In this document: positions 20,101-29,372 of the stretch, piece by piece
Layout of the letters: each line of letters opens with the position of its first letter
Position numbering within the stretch: position 1 is the first letter of the stretch
DNA from: Chamaesiphon sp.
GTDB taxonomy: Bacteria > Cyanobacteriota > Cyanobacteriia > Cyanobacteriales > Chamaesiphonaceae
Direction of reading: 5' to 3'
Assembly: GCA_965246715.1 (NCBI GenBank)
Contig: CBDFFH010000043.1
Coordinates: 107,160 to 171,159, forward strand
Length of the DNA: 64,000 nt
Program-made: the position numbers and the translations under genes
Notes under the pieces: model-generated
The model's input: only the letters and a program-made list of their open reading frames with translations
Told to the model about the DNA's origin: nothing
The model's database searches: none

Positions 20101-22158
20101 TACCTTCAGCATATTTTGCCCGAATTGATTGGTGCGAATGACGTTACAATGCGGATCGTCCGCGATCGCCACACCTACTGGTAGCGCATCGAGGATCGTT
20201 TGCAATTCCTCCGCTTGAAAAGCCAGATCGCGGTTGAGTTGGTGATTTTTCAGCTCGGCGATTTTGCGATCGCTAATATCGAACATCACTCCAACAGACC
20301 GCATAGCTGCTCCTGCCTGGTTCTCGAGAAATTGTCCGGTTGCTGCTACCCACACGACTCGTCCGCTATCAGCGCGAACGAGCCGATATTCGCTGCAAAA
20401 GAGCGATCTCTCGCGTTGGGCAATTTCCCACGCCTGTGTCACCGCTGCGAGATCGTCAGGATGAACGAGACTTAACCACATCTCGACAGTGGCTGCGCCA
20501 TCAGTAACTGGATCGTAGCCCAAAATCTGGAATTGTTTGGCAGACCAGATGGTTTTACCTGTAGACAAATCTGCATCCCAGGTTGCCATATCTGCGGCAG
20601 CAAGTGCCAAATTCAGCCGTTCTTCGCTCTCGCTCAGGTTCTCGATCGACCGTTTACGGTCGATCGTAATACTAGCAATCTTAGTGCCAAATTCCCCTAC
20701 TCGATCTTCCCGATCGGTTGGCAATCGTGCCTCACTAAAGCACAACATCAGCGAACCGAGGGGTAAATTATCGCTCCCGATGATGGGGAAGGAATAACAA
20801 GCCCGAATGCCATGCGCGAGACATAAGTCCCGCCAGCTTTGCGACCACCGATCGTCATTAGCAATATCAGCACAAGTGACAGGCTCGCCGGAATACACAG
20901 CCGTACCGCAAGTGCCGTCTGCTAGCTCCCTAATCGGCGCATCTTTAAATCCTTGGCTCAAAGACGGTGGGAAATCTGGCGTAATCGATCGGGGAAACTT
21001 CGATCGGCGATCGTCGCTCAGTAGCACACAGGCGCGCATGTTGGGGCTGAGTTTGGCTAATGAGCTACACAGCGAACTCAGACACTCACTTAGTGGCTGA
21101 CCCGTGGACACAGCTTCTAGCAGTCGCGTCTGCTCGACTAGCATCAGTTCGTGCTGTTGACGATCTAGCTCAGTCGCAATCCGACTGGCAAAGATCGTTA
21201 GTAACGATTCAGCTAGCTGCAACTGCTCTAGCGGTTTACCATCCATGACACCTAGTATCCCCAACACACTGCCATCAGCCGCATAGAAGGGAATCGCGAT
21301 ATAGCTATCGACAGCAAGGGGCTTGAGTAGTGGCGCATTCGGAAATCGAGCCTGAACGTTGCGTGGGTGGCAGCAAATTTTACGCTGCTCGATCGCTTCC
21401 CAGCAGGGCGTATCTGCCAGCCGATACTCTAGATTCTCGACAATTTTACCCCGATCGCAAGTGGCGATCGTCCGCAGCATTTTCGGCTCATGACCTTCCA
21501 CCAAGCCAATATAAACGTAATCAGTGCCCAAAACCTTGGCAAAGTGCCGTACCAGCTCATCAAAAAATGCCCCACCCGTCACCCTCGACACACCTTGGGT
21601 AATCTCGACTAGTGCGGCATCAACTCTGGCAATCTGCTGCGCCGCCAAGCGCAGTTCTAGTTCATCGACTACCATTGCCGCCAAATCTACCAAGGTTGCC
21701 TCTTGCTCGGCGGTGAGGGGGTCGTGAGGTACACTGTCGAGCAGACACAGCGTGCCTAGATTAAAGCCATCGCGATCGATCAAGGGCGCACCCGCATAAA
21801 ACCGCATCCCTGGCTCGCACTGTACGAAGGGATTGCAGACAAAGCGATCGTCGAGTCGAGTATCGGGGACGATTAGCGGCTCATCAGATAACACGGCAAA
21901 GCTGCAAATCGTCGCGTCGCGAGGCACTTCAGGAGCACCAAAGCCAATGCTGGACTTGAACCAAGCTCTCGACTTATCTACCAGCGAAATCAGCACGGTG
22001 GGAATCTTAAATAGTCGCGCTGCCAGCGTGGTAATCCGATCGAATGATACTTCAGCAGGTGTATCGAGGACTTGATAGCGATGTAGTGCCGCTAACCGTC
22101 CTGATTCGTTGGCAGGTAACATCGGGTTGACAGGCTGTTGAGGTAGTAAGTCAGTCAT
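17200..22158 (-). CDS. Multi-sensor histidine kinase (about 3 GAF, multiple PAS/PAC, HisKA, HATPase)
   Basis: E..RLAAL.RY.VLDT GAF, repeated (V)HPDD PAS motifs, SHDLKAPL H-box, GIGLAIVKKIV; ATG at 22158 preferred. Confidence 0.9.
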   Translation of the reverse strand: MTDLLPQQPVNPMLPANESGRLAALHRYQVLDTPAEVSFDRITTLAARLFKIPTVLISLVDKSRAWFKSSIGFGAPEVPRDATICSFAVLSDEPLIVPDTRLDDRFVCNPFVQCEPGMRFYAGAPLIDRDGFNLGTLCLLDSVPHDPLTAEQEATLVDLAAMVVDELELRLAAQQIARVDAALVEITQGVSRVTGGAFFDELVRHFAKVLGTDYVYIGLVEGHEPKMLRTIATCDRGKIVENLEYRLADTPCWEAIEQRKICCHPRNVQARFPNAPLLKPLAVDSYIAIPFYAADGSVLGILGVMDGKPLEQLQLAESLLTIFASRIATELDRQQHELMLVEQTRLLEAVSTGQPLSECLSSLCSSLAKLSPNMRACVLLSDDRRSKFPRSITPDFPPSLSQGFKDAPIRELADGTCGTAVYSGEPVTCADIANDDRWSQSWRDLCLAHGIRACYSFPIIGSDNLPLGSLMLCFSEARLPTDREDRVGEFGTKIASITIDRKRSIENLSESEERLNLALAAADMATWDADLSTGKTIWSAKQFQILGYDPVTDGAATVEMWLSLVHPDDLAAVTQAWEIAQRERSLFCSEYRLVRADSGRVVWVAATGQFLENQAGAAMRSVGVMFDISDRKIAELKNHQLNRDLAFQAEELQTILDALPVGVAIADDPHCNVIRTNQFGQNMLKVSPDTNVSATGAEAETLPFRQYHNGRELLGDQLPMQLATAQGQAVRDVEIQMVRADGAAFDWLVTAVPLFDEHHAVRGCVATFTDVTELKRLQSQLRLREAELTEAQRIGKIGNWYLDTQTDVTTGSDELARIYGFDPRDTLPNFAAQAGWLYSHESWQQLNAEVQRSLDTGIGYELDLPAFRNDGMPIWITTRSEVVRDPAGTIVGLRGTVQDITERKQTEQEILLYRERLEFVLNNTGIGLWLNSLPLGALNWDDRTRELFFVPPDAEATIDLFWSRVHPDDREPTRLAVEAALREGTLYEIDHRAVHPNTGEIRWIRSAGKATYAPDGAPISFDGINYDITERQVATANLAQSNARFESAMLAVRGMVYEWNLQTKTIYRSKGLFELLGYRPEDVPPTNDWWMDRVHPDDLERTQSEFLAAPVGIARFESEYRVRHAAGHWVYVSDRSYFQYDSHGQMINIVGFTTDITERKRTEEELHQSQLLVQRQLMEIEAIYQTAPIGLTILDRDLRYVRLNQRLAEINGIDIDDHIGRTLREIVPSVADEDEPILNSIFTTGEPLLNIEISGETLAQPGVQRTWIQNCYPLRDETGQIAGINVVVQEITDRKRAEAELRESEERFRTLADNITQFAWMTDENGWIFWYNRRWFEYTGTTLEQMQGWGWQSVHHPEHIDRVVKLFRHHLEIGEEWEDIFPLRGRDGAYRWFLSRAVPIRDESGQIRRWFGTNTDITDLQQAEAELAERNKELDSFVHTVSHDLKAPLRAISNLSVWIEEDLDGQLPPDSQQQFQLLRTRVKRMESMIDSLLLYARAGRQEAQLETFDLAELLSEIIDSLAPPEGFTIDIQQPLPTLTTKRVFLSQVFANLISNAINHHTSVTGHLHISAIEHPDCHEFIIKDDGPGIAPEHHEKVFAIFQTLKVQDNSDSTGIGLAIVKKIVETEQGTIRLESSLGRGTTFYVTWPKNHQ

Positions 22159-22244
22159 GATATATTTCCCTGCCAATGGGGAACGGTGAACAGCGATTAA
22201 TGCTGGCAACTTGGAGGTACGGTACTCGATCGAGCTACGTACTA

Positions 22245-22360
22245 AAACGCCTACGATTGAAATCGTGGCTAGTGATGCAAAGTCCGCCTACGCGGACTAG
22301 TTTATTAGTCCGCGTAGGCGGACTTTGCACTCCGAGCAGCGGTTTCTAACCGCTGAGGTT
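22245..22360. repeat. Dispersed hairpin repeat related to the core of the MITE at 7994-8192
   Basis: ACGCCTACGATTG...TGCAAAGTCCGCCTACGCGGACTA GTTTAT TAGTCCGCGTAGGCGGACTTTGCA...GCGGTTTCTAACCGC. Confidence 0.75.
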
Positions 22361-22563
22361 GTGCGTGAGCACCGAGCGTAGGAGCCAAAACTCTAATCTT
22401 TACCTCCTACTACCTAGCTACCACATTGAGAGTATTCATGCAGCAAGTTTATTGATGTCTGCTTGGTGCGATAAGTCTCTTGCCGATCGCTACAGCAAAA
22501 CCCAACAGGTGGTGCTGGGTTGCTAGCGTCACAGGACTGAGGACGAGTTGTCGCGGCTAGCGA

Positions 22564-22653
22564 CTAGAAACCGTTACGACCCCAGACGACCATCGAAATC
22601 GACCAAGTGAAGAGTACTAATAGTGAAACCCAACCTAGAGTAAGGATATCCAT
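22564..22653 (-). CDS. petN: Cytochrome b6f complex subunit PetN
   Basis: 29-aa [29 protein letters not shown]. Confidence 0.95.
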   Translation of the reverse strand: MDILTLGWVSLLVLFTWSISMVVWGRNGF

Positions 22654-22735
22654 AACTGTATTTAGAAGTATATTATTATGCCCTAACTTATAATAATCCT
22701 TTGCCGACCTAGTTCGCAAACAACCCGATCGGCGA

Positions 22736-23752
22736 TTACCAGCCGAGGACACTGCCCAATGCTCTCGCCATATTCTGCGGTTTCAACGCTTCAAGAGCGG
22801 CGGTAGGCTCGAAACCACAATGTACCATGCAATCCTGACACTTGGGATTGCCGCTAGCGTGACCGTACTCATCCCAGTCAGTTTTATCCAGCAGCTCTTG
22901 GAAGCTCTCATAATAGCCTTCATTTAGCAGATAGCAGGGCTTTTGCCAACCGAGCACACTGTAGCTTGGACTCCCCCACGGCGTGCAGTCATAATCTTTC
23001 GCCCCAGTCAGGAAATCGAGGAACAGGGGATTGTGGTTGAAGTTCCAGCGTTTTTTGCCAGAATTGAATGGAGCCAGAATTTCCCTAAATAGTGCTTTAG
23101 TGCGATCGCGTTGCAGAAAGTGGTCTTGGTCGGGTGCCCAGGCATAGCTATAACCTGGTGAAATCATCATCCCATCTAAATTGAGGGTATCGGTGAAATC
23201 AAAAAATTCCTGAATGGCTAGAGGGTCGGTGCCTTCAAAAATCGTCGTATTCGTGGTGACGCGAAACCCCTTGGCTTTAGCCGCTTTAATCGCTTTAATC
23301 GCAATATCGAAGATCCCTTGGCGGTCTACCGCGCGATCGTGGATCTCGCGGGGGCCATCGAGGTGGACGCTAAAAGACAGATAGGGCGACGGCGCAAATT
23401 TGTGGAGACTTTTCTCAAGCAAAATTGCATTGGTACAGAGATAGATAAATTTCCGGCGCTCGATGAGTCCGCGCACGATCTCATCGATTTGGGGATGCAA
23501 TAAGGGTTCGCCCCCAGGAATCGACACGACTGGCGCGCCACATTCCTCCACCGCCTGAAAACATTGTGCGGGAGTCAGATTTTGCCGCAGGATTTCAGTT
23601 GGGTGTTGAATTTTGCCGCAGCCGACACAGGCCAAATTGCATCGGAATAGCGGTTCGAGCATCAAGACGAGCGGAAACCGCTTGCGTCCGAGCAGACGTT
23701 GTTTGACCAGATAGGCTCCGACTTCCGCTGCCTGTTGAATTTGCACTGACAT
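22736..23752 (-). CDS. hpnH: Adenosylhopane-forming radical SAM enzyme
   Basis: [35 protein letters not shown]; hopanoid context. Confidence 0.93.
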   Translation of the reverse strand: MSVQIQQAAEVGAYLVKQRLLGRKRFPLVLMLEPLFRCNLACVGCGKIQHPTEILRQNLTPAQCFQAVEECGAPVVSIPGGEPLLHPQIDEIVRGLIERRKFIYLCTNAILLEKSLHKFAPSPYLSFSVHLDGPREIHDRAVDRQGIFDIAIKAIKAAKAKGFRVTTNTTIFEGTDPLAIQEFFDFTDTLNLDGMMISPGYSYAWAPDQDHFLQRDRTKALFREILAPFNSGKKRWNFNHNPLFLDFLTGAKDYDCTPWGSPSYSVLGWQKPCYLLNEGYYESFQELLDKTDWDEYGHASGNPKCQDCMVHCGFEPTAALEALKPQNMARALGSVLGW

Positions 23753-23762
23753 AATTAGCTCC

Positions 23763-24752
23763 TTAGAATTGACGCACGTAACCTTGTGCTAAAAACCAAT
23801 CCACTGCATCGCGCAGGGCAACATCTAACGGTGTCTGCGGCAGACCTAGTTCGCGAACTGCCTTCGATCCATCATAATACATATATTGGCCGGCCATCCT
23901 CACCCCATCGATGGGGATCGTGGGACTCTTGCCGAGGGTCGCCAGCAGATTTTCATCGATCCAAGCTGCCGTATAGGGGAGCCAATTGGGCAGGGCGTGC
24001 TGTGGCGCTGCTAGTCCCGTAATCGCTGCTAAGCGATCGAGTAATGCTTTGAGCGATAGATTTTGATGGCCGAGGATGTACCGTTCGCCGCTCTTGCCCC
24101 GTTCCAGAGCGAGTAGGTGTCCCTGCGCCACGTCCCGCACATCGATAAAATTTAGACCAGTGGGGAGATAAAACGGCATCTGTCGCCGCAGAAAGCGCAG
24201 AATAATATCTCCGGTGGGGGTGGGTTTGACATCACCTGGACCGATCGGGCTAGACGGACTGACGATCACGACATGTTGCCCTGCCTGTGCTGCTTTCACC
24301 GCTTCCTGTTCGGCTAGCAATTTAGACTTTTTATAAGCCCCCACCAGGTTTTCGATCTGGCTCTGATAGGTTTCATCGGCAGATCGTTCGCCACCGCGTA
24401 CCCCGATCGCGGCTACCGAGCTGGTATAGACTGTTCGTTCCACTCCAGCACTGCGGGCGCAAGCAAGGACATTGGCCGTACCCGCGACATTACTCTGATA
24501 GAGCAGTTCCCGATCGCGCTGCCAGAGGCTATAGTGAGCCGCCACATGAAAAACCGCTTGACAACCGCGCATTAACCGATCGAGCTGAGGGTCATTGAGA
24601 TCGCCAGATACGATTTCTACAGGCAGATCTTTGAGCAACGCGATCGAACTGCTAGATCGTACCAATACGCGCACCCGATCGCCCCGTGCGACCAACAGCC
24701 GCACTAGATTACCCCCCACAAAGCCCGCTCCGCCAGTCACAAATACTTGCAT
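23763..24752 (-). CDS. hpnA: Hopanoid-associated sugar epimerase/dehydratase
   Basis: [24 protein letters not shown]. Confidence 0.88.
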   Translation of the reverse strand: MQVFVTGGAGFVGGNLVRLLVARGDRVRVLVRSSSSIALLKDLPVEIVSGDLNDPQLDRLMRGCQAVFHVAAHYSLWQRDRELLYQSNVAGTANVLACARSAGVERTVYTSSVAAIGVRGGERSADETYQSQIENLVGAYKKSKLLAEQEAVKAAQAGQHVVIVSPSSPIGPGDVKPTPTGDIILRFLRRQMPFYLPTGLNFIDVRDVAQGHLLALERGKSGERYILGHQNLSLKALLDRLAAITGLAAPQHALPNWLPYTAAWIDENLLATLGKSPTIPIDGVRMAGQYMYYDGSKAVRELGLPQTPLDVALRDAVDWFLAQGYVRQF

Positions 24753-27283
24753 CAGCGCCGTCCCCCGAATTTCAACCGGATCTCATCCAGCAGCGTGTAG
24801 GCAACCGGGATGACTAATAAGCTCAACAACGTCGAAGATAACAACCCCCCGATAATGACGATCGCCATCGGTGCCCGTAATTCAGCGCCTGCACCCAAAC
24901 CCAACGCGATCGGTAACATCCCGAGGACAGTCGCAGCGGTGGTCATCAGAATCGGTCGCAACCGCACCGATCCGGCGCGGAGAATGGCTTCATGCCGATC
25001 GATCCCCTGCTCTCGCAGTTGATTGATATAATCCACCAGTAAAATCGCATTTTTGTTGACCAATCCCAACAAGAAGATGATGCCAATCACCGAAATCATC
25101 CCAAAGTCGCTGCGAGTGACAAACTGGGCTAACATTGCCCCCACGATCGATAACGGTAACGAGAGGACGATCGCCAGTGGATCGACCCAGGAGCGAAATA
25201 GCAGCAATAGCACCACGACGACACACAGCACTGAGAGGGCGATCGTGATACCAAATCCGCCAAAAGTGTCGGCGGCACGTTCGGAGTCGCCGCCGAGGTT
25301 GAATTTGACCGTCGCGGGTAAGGTAGTCTTCGCCTCAGCCACAACGCGATCGGTTGCAGCACCCAATGTCAATCCTTTGCCCAGATTGGCGCTGATATAA
25401 GCGACCCGCTTACCGTTGAGGTGTTCGATCTCCATCCCCCCTTGCCCGCCAGTGCTGGTGACATCCACCAATCCAGGTAGCTTTTGTACCCGACTTTTGA
25501 GCGCGGTAGTAGACTGTTCCAGAACCTTGAGGTCTTCGGAGAGTAGGGCAAACTGGAGCGGTTTTTCGCCGCCAGTATCGACAAAGGGGATATCCTCGAC
25601 GCTGGTAGTCACATTCGGGAGGTCGCTGGCGCGATCGGTCAGTCGATCGCGGAGTTGATTTTGTTGCGCTAAGGTAGTGAGCTGGCGATCGTGGCGCATT
25701 CTGACATACAGCGTCCCCCGATTAGATTCGCCTTGACGAGATCCCACCGTAGTAAACACCGTTTCCACGTCTGGAGCGCGCCGCACGATCGTCTCCAACT
25801 TCTTGGCGACATCCAGCGACTGTGCCAGCGTAGCTGTGGGGGCTGCTTGATAAACCAGATTGAATTCCCCGCGATCGAGGTGAGGAATAAACCCCTTGGA
25901 AATAAAGGGAATCAGTCCCACCCCGCCGACAAAACTCAATAGCGCCAGCCCCAAGACCGCGATCCGGTGAGCCAATGCCCACGCGAGCCATTGCCGATAG
26001 CTGGCCCTAAATCGACTCCAGATTCCCGATCCCTGCGGCGTGGGGTTGGGTTTGAGCCAGTAGACGGCTAGTAGGGGCGAGAGCGTCCGCGCGACCAACA
26101 ACGACGTAATCACCGCTGCTGAGATCGTCAACCCAAATGGCCGAAAGAATTGACCGAGCACCCCGCCCATCAGACCGACAGGCAAGAATACTGCCACGAT
26201 CGTCATCGTCGTTGCCGTCACCGTGAGTCCGATTTCATTAGTGGCCTGAATCGCGGCTTGGCGAGGTGCTTCCCCTTCCTCCAAATGACGGGCGATATTT
26301 TCTACATCGACGATCGCATCATCGACGATGATGCCAATTACTAAGGCTAATGCCAGCAGCGTAATCGTCTCGAGATTAAAACCATAAATCGCCATTACGA
26401 TAAACGTCCCCAACAACGAGGTCGGGATTGCCAGCGCGGAAATCAGGGTGGCCTGCCAATTTGTTAAAAACAGATAAATCACCACCGTAGAGAGCACCAC
26501 AGCCAACGCCAATGCTTCGATCGTCGCCGCAGTCGCCTCCCGAATATAAGTAGCTTGGGTAGCTGCGAGTTCGATCCGCACATTGGTAAATTGGGTGCGC
26601 AACTTAGCAACTTCCCGATCGACCTGACTGACTACTTCGAGCGTGTTCGCCGTACCGCGCTTGACTACCTGCAACGCTAATACATCTCGATCGTTCAACC
26701 GCACTGCCGTGGGCGGGGTGGTCGCCCCCAGCAGAGTCACTTTTAACACGCCAGGCAGCTTGGTAATAGCGGGGACGATCTGAGTATTGGCGACCTGGGC
26801 GAGATCGGCTAAATTTTGCGGAGAACCTGACAGGGCGTAGCTCACCACCGCAGATTCATTGAGATTGAGCGCGATCGTTTGCACATTTGGCGTGAGGTTG
26901 AGTGCTGTGACGGTGCGTTTGACTAAATCGCTGGCTGCTTCGAGATTTGTGCCAACATCGAAAGCGAGACTCACGGTCGTCTGACCAGGATAAGTAGAGG
27001 ATCGGACTTTCGCGACTCCTGGCAGCGTCTGCAGCTTGGCTTCAAGCGCGCGGGTCAGTTTCTGTTCTGTTTCAAGGGCGGTGGGTAAGCGGGTCTGAGC
27101 ATTTACCACCACCACCGGAAAGGTAATATCCGGCAAAAGATTGTATTTAAGAGTGCTAAACCCGATCGCGCCAGCGATACACACTGCCAGCCAAAAACCC
27201 AGTGTCAACCAGGGATACTGGATCGCCACTCGGGAGATGTTGAACCGTTCTCGCCAAGAAACTTTTGGTACATGCCTAATCAT
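24752..27283 (-). CDS. AcrB-like RND transporter (short form)
   Basis: GIIVDDAIVDVENI, KNAILLVD, RLRPILMTT; about 845 aa. Confidence 0.88.
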   Translation of the reverse strand: MIRHVPKVSWRERFNISRVAIQYPWLTLGFWLAVCIAGAIGFSTLKYNLLPDITFPVVVVNAQTRLPTALETEQKLTRALEAKLQTLPGVAKVRSSTYPGQTTVSLAFDVGTNLEAASDLVKRTVTALNLTPNVQTIALNLNESAVVSYALSGSPQNLADLAQVANTQIVPAITKLPGVLKVTLLGATTPPTAVRLNDRDVLALQVVKRGTANTLEVVSQVDREVAKLRTQFTNVRIELAATQATYIREATAATIEALALAVVLSTVVIYLFLTNWQATLISALAIPTSLLGTFIVMAIYGFNLETITLLALALVIGIIVDDAIVDVENIARHLEEGEAPRQAAIQATNEIGLTVTATTMTIVAVFLPVGLMGGVLGQFFRPFGLTISAAVITSLLVARTLSPLLAVYWLKPNPTPQGSGIWSRFRASYRQWLAWALAHRIAVLGLALLSFVGGVGLIPFISKGFIPHLDRGEFNLVYQAAPTATLAQSLDVAKKLETIVRRAPDVETVFTTVGSRQGESNRGTLYVRMRHDRQLTTLAQQNQLRDRLTDRASDLPNVTTSVEDIPFVDTGGEKPLQFALLSEDLKVLEQSTTALKSRVQKLPGLVDVTSTGGQGGMEIEHLNGKRVAYISANLGKGLTLGAATDRVVAEAKTTLPATVKFNLGGDSERAADTFGGFGITIALSVLCVVVVLLLLFRSWVDPLAIVLSLPLSIVGAMLAQFVTRSDFGMISVIGIIFLLGLVNKNAILLVDYINQLREQGIDRHEAILRAGSVRLRPILMTTAATVLGMLPIALGLGAGAELRAPMAIVIIGGLLSSTLLSLLVIPVAYTLLDEIRLKFGGRR

Positions 27284-27587
27284 TAACACCAGCACTCATC
27301 AATTTGATACACATAATTTCATCTTAAACCGCCGCTGAGTTGTTGCGCGATCTCGATCGACGACTCCTCGGCTCGGGATGCTTGAGTTGGCGACCATCCG
27401 CTCCTAACAACAGATACACATAGACGTTAGCTGAATCATGAATTAAAGCCTAAGAGGATGTTTGAAAATACGGAGAGTATAAAATAATCAAGCAAGTCTG
27501 CGTAACATAAATCGAATCATCGCAATGTGAATAAAAGTCTCTGAGGAAGCGGGTAAACGCTCATAATCAAGATTGAGACGACGACAC

Positions 27588-27627
27588 GGCACTCAATGGG
27601 GCGAAATAATTCGCCCCATTGAGTGCC
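27588..27627. repeat. Perfect 18-bp-arm palindrome inserted in the IS5 transposase remnant
   Basis: GGCACTCAATGGGGCGAA ATAA TTCGCCCCATTGAGTGCC. Confidence 0.85.
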
Positions 27628-27920
27628 TCACCAGTGCAACCAGCAGTAAGTCCGTTCAACAGTCCAGCGTTTAGGGAGAAGAACAAAACCTTTGCTGCCA
27701 TTAGGTCGAAGGACAAACATCATATTCACTGTGCGCGGTCTACCTGCCTGTGCTTCAGGGGGTAATCATGACGATAACAGCTCATACTGTTCGATCGTCA
27801 GTTCTGTGGTGTAGGCTGGAGTCATAGCTTCCTCGATCGCTGGTTAGACGTAAGAATTTTGGCGTTGCTGAATTAATGTATGAAACGCACAAACAATTTT
27901 TGTAGATACTGTCTTGAGAG

Positions 27921-28913
27921 TCAAGAGAGAAGAGAAAGAAAATTCGGGTCAAAAGGTTGTTGAGATTTCAGCACACCAAAGACCTGGCGCAGAAGTTTGT
28001 GCATAGCAGCACCAATCATCGCCATTTTCGACTTACCTTTAGCCAACAGACGGTCGCAAAAAACCTGAATCAAGGGATGATCGCGACGAGCAACAATCGC
28101 AGGCAGATAGAGAGCCTTTCTCAAACGAGCGTTACCGATCTTAGACAAACGGGGTTTGCCATGAACAGAGGAACCAGAAGAAAACTCATGCGGGGTCAAA
28201 CCCGCAAAAGCAGCAAGCTGGTCGGCACTGTCAAAGGTAGCCACATCGCGAATTTCGGCTAGTATTACCGTTGCAGTAGCGGCGGCAATACCTGGCATCG
28301 AAATCAGTAAATCTCGTTGAGCTTTAAGAGTAGGGGATCGATCGAAATGGTCGCGAATCAGTTGTTGAGTCGCAGCAACTTGTTGCTTGAGGAAGTCAAT
28401 ATGTGCGGCGATCGCCTCGACTAAAATTGGGTCAACCGTTTCGAGTCGATTCTGCTCTTGTTGCTGCATGGCAGTCAAACTATCCCAGCGATGAACCAAA
28501 GCTTGAAGTTGTTCGACTTCGATCGCTGGAGGAGTCCAGGGTGCTGGGCGTAATGCCGCGCCAAATCTGGCAATCACTTTTGCATCCGCACGATCGGTTT
28601 TCGTCCGACTTAATTCACTTCGTCCAAATGCTTTTGGACGGGATGGATTAACGATACTTACGATGTATCCTGCTGCAACTAGAAATCTGGCTAGGGCATT
28701 TCCGTAAATGCTAGTTGCTTCCATGCAGCCATGTAGTTTGGTTACTCCTTGGCTGTTTAGCCACTCCTGTAATTGCTCAAACCCTTCTGGGGTATTCGCA
28801 AATACCTTGCTTTTGATTTTGTCTTTGCCGTTGTTTTTGAGTAAGGCTACGTCAAATTTGGCTTTGCTGATGTCGATACCGAGTATGTCTAACTCTTCGT
28901 TTGAATTACTCAT
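27921..28913 (-). CDS. IS110 DEDD transposase / bridge recombinase
   Basis: GIDISK, MEATS.Y, KTD..DA (DEDD); PGI, AAFAGL.P...SSGSS, SK.GN.RLR.AL; intact 330 aa. Confidence 0.95.
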   Translation of the reverse strand: MSNSNEELDILGIDISKAKFDVALLKNNGKDKIKSKVFANTPEGFEQLQEWLNSQGVTKLHGCMEATSIYGNALARFLVAAGYIVSIVNPSRPKAFGRSELSRTKTDRADAKVIARFGAALRPAPWTPPAIEVEQLQALVHRWDSLTAMQQQEQNRLETVDPILVEAIAAHIDFLKQQVAATQQLIRDHFDRSPTLKAQRDLLISMPGIAAATATVILAEIRDVATFDSADQLAAFAGLTPHEFSSGSSVHGKPRLSKIGNARLRKALYLPAIVARRDHPLIQVFCDRLLAKGKSKMAMIGAAMHKLLRQVFGVLKSQQPFDPNFLSLLS

Positions 28914-28949
28914 GGCCAGTTCCTATCTGCTAATGGACTGCTTCAACAG

Positions 28950-29372
28950 CAATTAGTGGCGATAAACTATCCTTGTAAATGCAGGTTTACCCGTTTGGGG
29001 CGACCTCTGATACTGTCCAGCTTTGACTGGTTCCACTGTTTAGGTTAACGTGAGTTCGGGTTAAGGAGAACCGATCTGCTTCGCGCAACCACCGCCCTGA
29101 ACTAGAAGTTCGGGCTAACAGCAAAAGTTCGTTGAAACGAACTAACTGATTTGGCAGTTCTCTTCAGAGAACTTTTGCTGTTAGCCCCAAATTCATTTGA
29201 GGGCGGTTCAGCAACGAAGCTAGGAGTGATTAAGTGGATATACTTATCCCGAACTGACGTTAGGTTAAGGTAATTCGATCTACTTAACGGGCTTGGTGTC
29301 CCTAGGGGCAATCCGAATTTCCCTTTCCCTTTTGCTGTTGATGCTCGGTCTTACGATTTTACTCTTTGACCT
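28950..29372 (-). ncRNA. Predicted IS110 bridge RNA (interrupted by a MITE)
   Basis: Target loop with ATTGCCCCT (29304-29312) and GTAG (29280-29283); donor loop with ACAGTATC (29009-29016) and TACAAG (28972-28977); each enclosed by stems; RNA ends approximate. Confidence 0.85.
29048..29260. mobile_element. 213-bp MITE inside the IS110 non-coding end
   Basis: TIRs ACGTGAGTTCGGGTTAAG / CTTATCCCGAACTGACGT; TSD TAGGTTA (29041-29047, 29261-29267). Confidence 0.88.

Noticed and set aside
17200..22158. Photoreceptor role for the GAF/PAS kinase
   Set aside because: No LOV NCRFLQ motif and no recognisable phytochrome or cyanobacteriochrome bilin-binding motifs
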